Shown here: positions 29,150-41,959 of the stretch, piece after piece
Layout: every line of letters begins with the position of its first letter
Position numbering within the stretch: the first letter of the stretch is position 1
Assembly: GCA_043228905.1 (NCBI GenBank)
Contig: JBHGNT010000001.1
Coordinates: 26,288,001-26,352,000 of the forward strand
DNA from: Azolla caroliniana
Taxonomy: Eukaryota > Plantae > Polypodiophyta
DNA length: 64,000 nucleotides
Direction of reading: 5' to 3'
Program-made: the position numbers and the translations under genes
The notes under the pieces: generated by a model
What the model was told of the DNA's origin: nothing
What the model saw: the letters and a program-made list of their open reading frames with translations, nothing else
Databases searched by the model: none

Positions 29150-30560
29150 TTTTATCTATTTATTTATATTGAAGATATCCTTTCATTAGTGTAAACATCT
29201 TACAAGATTTTAAACTCTATGTGATCGGCGGAGGAAACAACCATTTCGGAGGTTGAAAGTGCCAATAAGGAGTGCCATTCTCGGAGGTTATGAACGGAGT
29301 AGTTGTCCACACGATAAAAAACTCATGATGTTGAGCAGTTTTAGCATTGGAATCTCCAACATTACCATCCCGTTGACCCTTCAAAGTATGAATTATGTCC
29401 AACCAAATATTTGTAACCAATTCAGTTGGTGATGCTTTAACTTAATGGAAAACGAGAGAACACTGAGCCTTCCAAATGTTATATACAACCGTACTACTCA
29501 ATACCTCCCATACTGGTGGGATTTCCTTCCTTATTCCCGAAAATTGTAGTCATAGCAATGGTAGTGCACGAACACTTCTAGATTTAGTGTAAAATCATGG
29601 TCCATAGATTTGGTCATAATAGAAAGCATAAGGACAAGTGATGTCCAAACCACCGTGTCACATGTGAAAACCAATAGGGAAAATTAGTTAGCAAAGATTC
29701 TAAGGAGACGTTGCCATATTGGTTGAGACTCAATGCATTCCCATGAACAAGGTTTTTGTGTTTCAGTTTGTAAATGGCATTGAGCACAACTAGAAGATGC
29801 GCCCATCCTTTGCAACCATGTGCCAACAAGCAAGGCTTGATATACAAATAATCATTGTACATGTAGTATTTTTTGTGGTTTTTTTCTTGACAATAGGTTA
29901 ACCCACAAATTTGCAAGGAATTGGGGAGTAATACCTTGCTTATTCCAATACTGAAATGCAAACGATAACACATCCCCTCTATCTGAAATCACATGTCTTC
30001 CCAACTGTACTGAATATTGTAAGAAATTAAACTTGTTATTAGTAAAAGGATTTGTCCAGTGATAATCAAGTGGGTCCCAATCTAATATGAACACCGGTTT
30101 TTTAGCTAACACCCACAACTTCCAATGTGCCCTTATAGCCTCTATCAGTGGATCAATATACCATTTACGATCGGCATATTCGATGACCCTTATCTTGTGT
30201 TCAATAGTGTAAGGGTAACGTGTCGCCATTTCCCCCTGATTGAGACAATTGATTTGTTTCATCCACCTCAAAAAGCTGGTAGGTCTTATCCTCTGAATAC
30301 CCCTTAACAGACAAGAGTACTCAAATCTTGAAAAAACCCTAGCCCATCTATGGTCAGAGCTACTAGGTGGTATGGTGACTCTACTCATAGCTTCTTGAAT
30401 TTGATGATACATTATTTGCCCTCCATGCATATTACCTAATATTTATTTTTGGCTCTTCCCACGGACGCGATGAAAAATGTTGCCAGGTCCTAATTGATTT
30501 CGCAGGACCTTTTGACATTTTTGTTCCCCACGACAACCATGGTCCAGAACCCAACAGTAA
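29150..30560 (-). mobile_element. 5'-truncated degenerate LINE (L1-like ORF2 C-terminus)
   Basis: Trp-rich ORF2-like peptides (LDWDPLDYHW, FLANLWVNL) leading to a Cys-containing region, and an A/T-rich 3' end at ~29150-29170. Confidence 0.55.
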
Positions 30561-30655
30561 ACCACCATATGATGTTGTAAACATTAGAGCGGGTTCGAGA
30601 CTACCCTTTGTCTAAGGGTACTCAACATAATATATATATTATCGTGCATTTTGAG

Positions 30656-30682
<27 letters not shown>

Positions 30683-30687
<5 letters not shown>

Positions 30688-31021
30688 CTGTATATATGTA
30701 TGTATACAGGTGTCCATACGTATACATAATATACGAATACATGTACCTATACATACGGTATACGAATTATGCGCCTTTTCTTCCTCTTCCTTCTCCTCTA
30801 TCGTTTTTCCGCGCGAATCTCTGCACAAATTTATTCGTATCACCACCATCGCCACCACCTGTATTGGACTTGCCTTCTTCTTCTTCTTCTTCTTCTTCTT
30901 CTTCATCTTCTTCATCTTCTTCTTCTTCTTACACTGTTGCTGTTGCTGTTTCTCTGCACATATTTCTTTCATATCCATAGCCGCATCCACTGTTTCGGAC
31001 CTTCTCCTAGACGAACTCTAA
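30683..31021 (+). promoter_or_regulatory. Candidate conserved-peptide uORF upstream of polyamine oxidase
   Basis: ORF containing RESLHKFIRITTI...ASTVSDLLLDEL*, ending ~260 nt before the PAO ATG. Arabidopsis PAO2/PAO3 carry a conserved uORF. True start codon uncertain. Confidence 0.55.
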
Positions 31022-31280
31022 TTTTGTAGTGTGTGCACCAAATCTCCTCATCTGTAATTCATCAACATTCCACCATCCGCATGCCAGATCCACGCAGGAA
31101 GCACTATAATTCTCTCCTGGTGAACCTCTGCATGAGCAGGCTGTATTTCACCTCTGGACAGTTGCTCCGATCTGTTCTCATCCATCAGTTCTCCTTCTTG
31201 ACTTTCTGCTTCTTCTTCGTCTTCTTCTTCTCCGATCTGAATTATCATTGCTCATTTATTCTTCCATCTTCATATCTTTC

Positions 31281-34200
31281 ATGGACATGGAAGCGACAGG
31301 AAATCACACGGATGAGAAACAGACGTTGTCGCTATTCGACCAAGGAGAGGAAGAAGGTCAAGTCTGCACAGGTGAGGTTTTTAGATTGTCACTCGTGTCT
31401 GCATGCTTTCAATATCGATCTCTTACACAAATCCTATAAATAAATTCAAGGGACAAGGATGTAAATAAGGTATATAATCATGTATCCTGATTACAATCTG
31501 ATTGCTGCGTTCAATCCACCCTACCATCCCTGTGCTGTCTCAATCTCAATCACACATTCTCACTTTCAATAGCATTAAAGCCCTGGTTTTTTCCTTTCTC
31601 AACCTTCAATCCACAAGCTCTTCCTCTTCTCATTTTTCTCCCCCTTGATTTCCCCCTCCTTCACTGTTGAGGCATGTCTCTTTTGTGCTTTTGCTTCTGA
31701 ATGGTGCTTCATGTGTTGTGCCCTCTGCTCTTTTCATCTCGTTTCGTCTCACAAAATCGCAATGTGCACTATTGATTGCAAAGGTTAGTAATAACATTCC
31801 TGAACATCAGGACTCAGGTCCTATTTGATCTCCAAGGACGATAATGAAATCTGCCTTCAATTTGGCACATCAGGAATCTTTTTTACATAAGACATGAGTT
31901 TTAAGGAATCACCACATACTCTAGGATGTTGGGATATTCTAGTAGGATTTTGGGAGCTCAAGATATACATCTAGTTTCTAAATGATATAAAGCTGTGATC
32001 GAGCCCAACAGTCCTCGTGTTGGTGGTCACTCTCCCCAACCGCATACCTAGATTCGCAAAACCTCAGATTATCACTTTACCTGAGAGGGAGTATAAAACA
32101 TGCATCTTTGTTCTATTCACAAAATTTAATTACCATTTTTTGAACTTGGAGACGAAGGAGCTAGACCTTGGTGAAAGAGTCAAGATTAATCACAATTGCA
32201 ATTATCTAAAACTTCATTCTATTAAATTCCCCCACCTGCCTATCTTAAATCATGCACCTAACATCATGGAGATCGTGAATCACAAAACATAAAAACCAAA
32301 GCCAAAGTGGTGAAACATCTTGAAAACTACATTCGAGCATCTCTCGCATGTACCAAATAACATTCGATGAGTCTAAGTGGAATATTAATGATTTAAGTTA
32401 ATCCTCATTTGTTCAGTGGCAGGTTTATTAGTAACCACTTCAACTAATCCCCTTACATATATAATATTCTAACTGAAGTATGAAATTTGTTTTAGGCATT
32501 TCCTGTACCAAAAGTAAGAGGCATGGCCCTGAGATTCTTGTAATTGGAGCTGGCATTTCAGGCTTGGCTGCTGCTTGTGAGTTGAAGAAGTGGTGTAAGG
32601 TAATGCATCAACTTGATTCTATATCTTAAACAGATTATGGAAAAATATCCAAAATACTCTTTGAAGTTTCCTTCATTTTCCCAAATTCCCTTGGGCTCAC
32701 GTTTCTCAAAGTTTCTAGTCAATCCATGAGAGAAAGATGGGAATAAAGTAACAATGTAATTTCTCAAACAGCACATATGTATTTGAGCTAATTGACTTTA
32801 TAAGTGCTCTCGTGGGGGATCAAGGGCACTTGGGGAAATAATGAAATCATTGGAGAATTTTAGGAAATATTGAAAAATGCAGGGTTATTTCGGATTTATT
32901 CTCTTCTTTAGTTTCACCATCACATTGAGAGTTGATCTCCAAGTTCAGGTCACGGTACTCGAGTCCAGAGGACGTATTGGTGGCAGAATCCATACCGACT
33001 TTTCCAATGGCTACCCAGTGGATATGGGAGCTTCATGGTAAGAGTGACGTTTCAACATGAATTCTCACTTACTCATCATCCATTGGATGTAAAATTACAA
33101 AAGAGGTCACATTATGCCTACAGGTTACATGGAGCCTGTGAACGGAACCCTTTGGCCAGTTTGATTGGGAAGCTTCACCTTCGACTATATAAAACTAGCG
33201 GTGACAATTCTGTCCTGTATGATCACGATTTGGAGAGGTAAATATTACATTTAATTTCTTTCATCTTATATGTGTGTATAAGCGGTTGTGTTTGTGATGT
33301 AGCTATGCTCTTTTCGATACTGATGGGCAAAAAATCCCAGCTGAAGTGGTCATTGAGGTTGGGCATAAGTTTGAGGCCCTTTTGGAAGAGGTCAAAACTT
33401 CCTCAGAAGATGTTTGATGAACTTACGTTTTTTGGAAGCCAGAAACTGATGCTTTTGTGGAACTGTATTTATTTCTTTTTCATAGGCCAAGAGTATTCGG
33501 TATGATTATCAGGAGGACATCTCAATATCAGAGGCCTTCTCAATTGTGGTAGATAATAAGCCTGAGCTAAGGTCTGCAAAATTTTGTGAGAGATTTGCAG
33601 GGTTTTATGGGGGATCTGAAATATATCCTTGACTAATCCATTCTATCTGTTATTATCGCCAGATTGCATGGGCTTGCATATAAGGTCTTGCAGTGGTATA
33701 TTTGTAGAATGGAAGGTTGGTTTGCTGCAGATGCTGATAAGATCTCTCTCCGATGTTGCGATGAGGTAAGTTCATGAAAGAATCACTGTGAAGAAACACA
33801 CACTGATGATTTTCCCTTTGTATGGTATGTGAATGAATATAAACATTGAACGAGAGCTTGTCTTCTTACAAAAAGACAGGGACTCCTCATGTGAGGTGGA
33901 CGATGTTAACTGATATTTCTTTACCAGTGAACCTAAAAGAGCTGTGTGCTATGTGAACGATTATAGAACTTCTGCTAAAGCTCGTGTTCTTAGTTCTTAC
34001 AAAAAGAAAGGAACTTCTCATGTGTGAAGGTGAATCCAAAGTATCATACGTTTGTATCACATGAAACATGTCAAAATGACCTGGTTTTATCAGTGAGCCT
34101 AAAAGAATTTTGCTTGTCTCTGTGCTGTATGTGAATGAGTGTAGGCTCTGTTGGAAAGGGGCTTCTCATGTGAGGAGATGAATCAATACTATCTTTGTGC

Positions 34201-35661
34201 TGCATGACACATGTTAAGACCTTGCTATATTTAATAAAAGTAACAGATTTGTGCATGAACTTTTTGAACCAATAGGAGGAGCTTTTGGAAGGTGGACATG
34301 GACTCATGGTTGATAGTTATTCACCAGTGCTATCTGCGCTTGCGGAAGGACTAGACATCCGTCTAAATGAAAGGTACATGTCATTCTAAGCATTCAATGA
34401 TTAGGATCATTAGCTATACAAGAAAGACCTTTCCAAAAGTGAGTTCTTCTGCATGGCAAGCTGCCAATAGAAAAGGCCATGACTCTCATGTTCATTCATC
34501 CTTGTGCTACATTGCCCTTTGCTTGAATGATGTTTATAAAGCCAATAGAATTAACGTGTCTCTAAAAAAACTTATGGCTTATGAGACAACAAATATTACA
34601 TATGTTGATGTCAATACAGAGTGACACGAATCAAACATGGTTTTCAAGCTGTTGAAATACATACAGATGAAGGGAAGGTATTTCATGCTGATGCGATAAT
34701 AATCACAGTGCCTTTAGGTGTTCTGAAGGCAAACCTCATAAAGTTCGACCCGAAGTTACCAGAGTGGAAAGAGGCTGCGATTTCCAACCTTGGAGCTGGA
34801 AATGAGAATAAGATTGCATTGTTTTTTGATAGTGTGTGCTGGCCGAATGTGGAGTTTTTGGGAGTAGTTGCTCCAACTTCCTATGGATGCAGTTATTTTC
34901 TTAACTTGCACAAGGCCACAGGTCATCCTGTTCTCGTGTATATGCCAGCAGGAAGCCTTGCAGATGACATCGAGAAATTGTCGGATGAGGCAGCTGCTAG
35001 TTTCGCAATTTCGCAACTCAAGAAGATTTTGCCTCATTCAGCTGAACCTGTAAGTTTTCATACCATTTTTTATCCTCTTTCTCTTTCAGTACATAATAGC
35101 AGGTAATCTGGGTAGACACTTGCGGTTTTTAATCAGGAAAAACCTTAGAAACAATTTTCTCTTTTTATATCTGATCTTCAAAACATTGCTTTTGTTTTTA
35201 AATTACCTTTTAATTTTGAAACTAAAAGTTCCAAAGCTGAAGATGATTTAAAATAGAAGTCTTAAAATCTTTGAGACATTTGTTAAGAAACAATTTTGAC
35301 AGTAAATAGATCTTCACAAAGACTCGTCCTAATACACTAAGTTTGTTTGTAGGTAAGGTATCTGGTATCCCATTGGGGGAGTGAAATAGATTCTCTTGGT
35401 TCTTATTGCTATGCTGCTGTTGGGAAACCACTCAACCTATACTCAAGGATTCGTAGCCGCGTTGAGAATCTCTTCTTTGCGGGTGAAGCAACAAGCTCAA
35501 ATTTCCCGTCAACAGTTCATGGAGCTTTTGAGACTGGTCTAATGGCGGCCTATGAATGCCGAAGAAACTTTGAAGAAAGTAACCATCATTTGTCTTTATT
35601 TCAACCTGTTATGGCAGAGGCTACAACTACTAATGCCCCCTTGAGGATATCAAGAATATGA
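31281..35661 (+). CDS. PAO2: Peroxisomal polyamine oxidase (PAO2/3/4 clade), ~10 exons
   Basis: FAD motif [83 protein letters not shown]...TVHGAF. C-terminal PTS1-like SRI* (TGA 35659-35661). Confidence 0.95.
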
Positions 35662-36279
35662 GATATAATTCTAATGCTATCGCTATACTTTTTCAAACAT
35701 TATATAGATCGTGTGGAAGTCCTTTAACCGATTGTGTTGTGTCTCTAATGAAAAACTTATAATTGCTTTGAGTTGTTTATCAACATTTTAATGGATTTTG
35801 CTAGCCTATATATGCTGTTCTCATATTGAATAGATAATGTCAAACTTCATTTCATAAACTGGTATCCTTCAATCATAAGAAACTTATAATTGATACTTTT
35901 AGTTGTTTTTGTTTGTTATATAGATGTACTTTGGTTAGTTATTTTGGCTTGGTATAAACATTAATTGCATGGATCTACTTGGTTAGTTAATTTGGCTATA
36001 TTGTTGTAGCAATTCCTTGATATAAACATTGTTTGCATGGATTTGGCTATCACGTTTTCAACAATTCCTTGATATAAACATCGTTCACATTGCATGGATA
36101 TATTTGGTTAGTTATTTTGTCTTTAATGTTACAACGATTCCTTGGTATAAACATTTTTTAAGATTTAAATCATTGTTTGGATAGTTATCATGGTTTACCA
36201 ACTTTTCATTAATCCAAAACTCCAAGATTCTTCTTGAAATATAACTATATGTTTATGCATAATTGTATTCATAGATTGG

Positions 36280-39200
36280 TGTTACCGGCCGGCAAAGGAG
36301 TCCAGAGTGTGAAACGGGGAGTTATTTAATTATTAGGAATGGTTGTAAGTAAGCTATGAGTGTGGACGGACGGACCGGAATCGGTATGCCGTTCCGGATC
36401 CGGACCGATCCCGAACAGGTGCGGATGGCACCGTTTTGTACTACAGACCGGAAACCTATTTAAAGGCCCGGATACAATGTAATGAGCAACGGTTAATTAA
36501 TAAAGCTTAGTGTTGTTATCTCTCTATGTTAATTGCCGTTCTGCATTCATTGTTATATCTTACGCATGTGAATATTAAGGACGATCATGCTAAGTAACCT
36601 AATTAAGTCGGATTAAGCGTCGAGTCTAATCCTATAGCCGTAACACCCCTTTGGTGAAGTGTCTTCTGTAGACACCCTGTGTTAGGCTATTGTCCGGCCC
36701 TAAGAGTTAACACAGTTTTTGGTGACCACGATTCCTGTTTTTGCAGCGAACGACGACACGAATGGATGACTAGATCAACGCACGACTTGGTTACAGATCG
36801 AACTCGACGCCTTGCCGAAAGGCAAAGGAGACGTGAGGCTTTCCAGCAAGCGGCGCAGGAAATTAGAGCGGATCGCTCGTTTTCCAATGTAATCCGGAGA
36901 GTAGCAGAGGAGTCCCTCTGGTTACATCAAACATCGCACCTGGACGATGGCAGCAGCCTAAGCAGCCTCCGGGAAACCGAATCCCTTCTCCAGGAGTTGG
37001 TAAGTGGAGAAGGCGAAGCAGAAGCCTTTTCAGCGTATGAATCGGATTCCGAAGGGGAATACAGCGTGCACACGAACTACCGTAGTAGCAACGAAACCTC
37101 GGATGGACTGGAGGACGAAGGATCGGACACCTTACCAACACCGGAACCGGAATTGCTAAGGTTGGAACCTCTGGAACCAGCAGAGGAAGAGTGACCTCCG
37201 ACACCGGAAGTCGAGGAGGAGAGGCCTCTGTCACCAAAAGAAGAGGAAAGACCACCGACGCCGGAAACAAATAAGGAAAGACCATTGACGCCACAGAAGA
37301 ACCAGGAACGACCACCAACACCGCCAGCCCACGCACCGATACCGGACGACGACATGCCGTTCCAGTACTCCAAGTATAGAGATGATCCGGACGCGGAAGC
37401 TCATGTTCACGCCTTTGAACAGACAACGGGAAGCGGCTGCCGAACAACCGACCTGAATGAACGGGACGAGAAACGACGTCGAAGCGATGGCACAGATGCC
37501 TGACAACGCATAGGCGGCCAGATGAAGTGGCGGTGCCCGGGCGGGCCAAATAGAGATGGCAATGGTGACAGCCGACAGTGATGGACAACAACGAAAGACG
37601 AACGATGATGATGACTACCGGACAAGGCAAAGAGATAAAGATGGAGACGACAACGAAGCTGGGGATAAAAATGATTGAAATGGACAGGCAATGGAAACAA
37701 ATGACGGCCAAAGTGGTAGGACAACGGGGCCGGAAACGACCGGAATGATGGACGGCGACGGATCGTCGACCAGAGCGAAGACGGCCGGACAAACGACCAA
37801 AAACAGCCGGGAAGAACGGACTAGCCAGACATCAGCACCGGAGCGGCCGGATGAAGCGGCAACAGGCAGAAGGACCGGACAGAGACGAACAACCAGAACC
37901 GGCCAACGGAAACGACGACGACAGCAGTAGAGGGAGATGACATGCAAGCAAAGGGAGAGTGAAGGTTGCGTTTCCTCCCTACCCCAAAACGCCAAACAGA
38001 ACAAGGAAGAAGTGGAAGAAACAAAGATAGAAGAAGAAAGAGAGAGGAGGAAACGAAAGACAGGAAGAGGAGAAGAAGCAACGATTAACACCAAGAAGGA
38101 GGAAGAAGATGCAGACAACACGCGGGAGAAAACGTAAGAAAACAAACATGAAAAAAAATGAGAGGGAAAAAGAGAAGAGAGGGGCATGCGAAGAAATTTT
38201 AAAATGTTGAGGGTAGCAGCCTAAAATTTCAGAAACGTGGGGACCTACTGAATGAAATTTTCAAAACTCGAGGGTGTATAATAAAAAATTTAAAATCAAA
38301 GGGCACCTACGAAAATTTGAAAACTCATCAACCTAAAAGAAATGGACGCGATCGACACACAACTCACAAAATCAACAAAAGGAACACACATACATAGAAC
38401 ATTTTTTTGACGGCACCAAAAAACTGTGTTAACTCTTAGGACCGGACAATGGCCTAACACAGGGTGTCTACGGAAGACACTTCACCAAAGGGGTGTTATG
38501 GCAATAGGATTAGACTCAACGCTTAATCCGACTTAATTAGGTTACTTAGCATGATCGTCCTTAATATTCACACGTGTAAGATATAACAATGAATGCAGAA
38601 CGACAATTAACACAAAGAGATAACAACACTAAGCTTTATTAATTAACCGCTGCTCATTACATTGTATCCGGGCCTTTAAATAGGTTTCCGGTCTGTAGTA
38701 CAAAACGGTGCCATCCGCACTTGTTCGGGACCAGTCCGGATCCGGAACGGCATACCGATTCCGGTCCGTCCGTCCACACTCATAGCTTACTTACAACCAT
38801 TCCTAATAATTAAATAACTCCCCGTTTCACACTCTGGACTCCTTTGCCGGCTGGTAACACATGGCACGCCCGTGGGACAGTACCTTGTACGTCGAATCCA
38901 CATCCGACCCTTGCTATTCTTCGTCCAAAATATCCAGAATGCTTTGTTCGAGAGTCTCCAATGGCTCATCTGGAAAAGGACCAGTCGCAACAACCATCAA
39001 CGGAGCAGCAACAACAACCACAACAACAACAACAACCAATTCCAGATGAGCCATTGGAGACTCTCGAACAAAGCATTTTGGAGAATAGCAAGGGTCGGAT
39101 GTGGATTCGACGTGCAAGGTATTGTCCCACGGGCGTGCCATGTGTTACCGGCCGGCAAAGGAGTCCAGAGTGTGAAATGGGGAGTTATTTAATTATTAGG

Positions 39201-39575
39201 AATGGTTGTAAGTAAGCTATGAGTGTGGACGAACGGACCGGAATCGGTATGCCGTTCCGGATCCGGACCGATCCCGAACAGGTGCGGATGGCACCGTTTT
39301 GTACTACAGACCGGAAACCTATTTAAAGGCCCGGATACAATGTAATGAGCAGCGGTTAATTAATAAAGCTTAGTGTTGTTATCTCTCTATGTTAATTGCC
39401 GTTCTGCATTCATTGTTATATCTTACGCGTGTGAATATTAAGGACGATCATGCTAAGTAACCTAATTAAGTCGGATTAAGCGTCGAGTCTAATCCTATAG
39501 CCGTAACACCCCTTTGGTGAAGTGTCTTCCGTAGACACCCTGTGTTAGGCCATTGTCCAGCCCTAAGAGTTAACA
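36280..39575 (+). mobile_element. Non-autonomous Ty3/Gypsy-type (Tat/Athila-like) element with three LTR copies (forward 36280-36712, inverted 38427-38859, forward 39143-39575) and ATTGG TSD
   Basis: Three 433-bp TG...CA copies; ATTGG at 36275-36279 and 39576-39580; TATTTAAA and AATAAA in the LTR; gag-like remnant MPFQYSKYRDDPDAEAHVHAFEQT at ~37354-37425; no pol. Confidence 0.9.
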
Positions 39576-39997
39576 ATTGGCTTTGTCATAGTACACAGTT
39601 TTATATTGCTCAACATAGCGATCAATATTGGATAGTGTGCAATCATTTTGGCCTTAAGATCAATATTCTACTGTGTATACATCTTAGTGAAGCACTTTGA
39701 AATAGTATACAAAATGTATATATATGTATTATAAAGCATTGATGAAGACCACCAAACTGATGAGCACATTATGTTACTAAAAAGTGAAGTGTTGATCTAG
39801 ATCATCACGTTTAGAAGTGTGGTTTGCCCCATCTTTAAAAAGGGGTGTTGCATACTTGTACATTAGAGTTATATTTGATAACTTGCTAGGTAGGGAAATT
39901 TCATGAAATGGGTTGGCAAGTGCAATAGACAACAAGTCATATCACTCTTGTAATTCGGAGAAGAGAAAATGGGATTCACTTTGAAAACTCTATACCA

Positions 39998-40429
39998 TTT
40001 AGTTTCTTTGTGTGTAATGATCGATGCATCAATCAAAACTTTTTTGGTGTAGGCAACAAAAGTTCTCTAAAGATATAAAACATCATGGCCATGTATGTTC
40101 TTAGCAACTCATCTTAACAACTCTTGCATGAGCTCACTCCCTTTAGTTTCTTTGTGTGTAATGATCGATGCATCAATCAAAACTTTTTTGGTGTAGGCAA
40201 CAAAAGTTCTCTAAAGATATAAAACATCATGGCCATGTATGTTCTTAGCAACTCATCTTAGCAACTCTTGCATGAGCTCACTCCCTTTAGTTTCTTTGTG
40301 TGTAATGATCGATGCATCAATCAAAACTTTTTTGGTGTAGGCAACAAAAGTTCTCTAAAGATATAAAACATCATGGCCATGTATGTTCTTAGCAACTCAT
40401 CTTAGCAACTCTTGCATGAGCTCACTCCC
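39998..40429. repeat. Tandem repeat, 3 x 144 bp
   Basis: TTTAGTTTCTTTGTGTGTAATGATCG...GAGCTCACTCCC starting at 39998, 40142 and 40286, near-identical. Confidence 0.95.
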
Positions 40430-41129
40430 TTTTTAAACCATTCCCATCTCTCAAAATAATCGCTCACTATTATCATAATAATAATGATATCCCATTTTCT
40501 TGTTGAAAAACTCCCCTCTTTTCTAGGTCCATGAATAAAAACCGTTTTTATCACCATGTGATGGTATTGCCCCATTCTTCTTGCGGCAATGTGAACTCAG
40601 ACTTGTTGTCGATATGAGGTCTGGTCCATAGACACATTCCTGTCCGAGTTCAGGAGTGTTTTGCTCTCTCGATTTCATGACGTTCCCATTGGCAGAGAGC
40701 TCTCGAGAATGGAAAATCATCCACTCTTTAACGCCTCAACAATACTACGAGGAAAATGTTCTTACATTTGGGCCGATAGATAGCTAATAACACAGAATTG
40801 CGAACCGATTGTCCATCCGTTTTGCTCACAGAGCAAGCTATATGTATGATGATGTATGCTATGTGTGTATGTATGTATGTATGCAAATACATATATGATA
40901 TATGTATGTATGTATGCAAAATGTATGATGATGTATGCTATGTGTGTATGTATGTATGTATGTTATGTGTGTGTGTATGCAAAAATGTATGTACATATAC
41001 ATATGCATGTATGCTATGTGTGTAACAGTGTATGTATGTAGATAACAGATAAAGACAAAGAAAGTCAGAGAGAGTGTGTCATCCACAGGCTTCTGTTCTC
41101 TGCTATCCTTCCATTCCTGTCATCACAGA

Positions 41130-41798
41130 ATGGCCATGGCTTCCTTCTCTACTAACATCCTCTCTGTTCCATCTTCTTCTTCTTTTTCACGTCTGCAGAA
41201 GCGTAGTGGACCCATCTTCCTGAGATCTGTCCGAGCAGAATCTGCCGCCATCAATCCTTCCATTAAGAAAGATGAAGCTAAAGTGGTCGATACCGTCCTC
41301 GTCTCTGAGCTTGAAAAGCCTCTGCAAGCATACTGCAGGTAAAGAAATGCCTAAGCCCAACTCCAACCCTATTTTTAGGCAAAGTAAAGAGAATTCCCTT
41401 TTTGTCTTTGCCGAAAACCATAACCCTAATTTAAAGCTATCACAAAAGTCTTTTTTTTTTTTTTGGTTGAAACCTGAACCCTAACACTTCAACCTAAGAT
41501 GAAAAACATTTCTCCTTTTATTTAGCAAAAAATTCGAAACCCTAACCCTTTCAAGCACAGAAGAAGACAATTCCCTTGGCTCTTTATTTAAATTATAAAA
41601 GGAAAAACAAATTCTAGCAAATGCATCCCTTGTATGAATGAACCGAAACCCTAATTGTTCTGTCAGAGACCATGATGGATGGATTGTGATTGATGCAGGT
41701 GTTGGAGATCTGGGACCTTTCCCCTGTGTGATGGCTCTCATGTGAAGCACAACAAGGAGACTGGTGACAACGTTGGTCCTCTTCTCTTGAAGAAGTAG
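41130..41798 (+). CDS. NEET: NEET / CDGSH iron-sulfur protein (exons 41130-41338, 41699-41798)
   Basis: Transit peptide, then [14 protein letters not shown]...AYCR|[32 protein letters not shown], the 3Cys-1His CDGSH motif. Confidence 0.97.
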
Positions 41799-41959
41799 AT
41801 CCCCTTCTTCAATATAATTCTCCTATTCATTCATGTCTCCCATGCTATTTTCCATTATGGATCAATTTACATTATCATGCTATCAATTGACACTATCATG
41901 TTATCAATTGACATTATCTTATAAATAACACACATTGGAAGAGAAGCTTGGAAACCATT

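Noticed and set aside
29190-30584. TGTAAACAT direct repeat as TSD of the L1-like fragment
   Set aside because: The left copy appears to lie inside the element's 3' end, so it is likely coincidental.
36863-38187. Long overlapping ORFs (e.g. 309 aa on -) as novel genes
   Set aside because: Low-complexity GC-rich interior of the LTR element with no recognisable domain.
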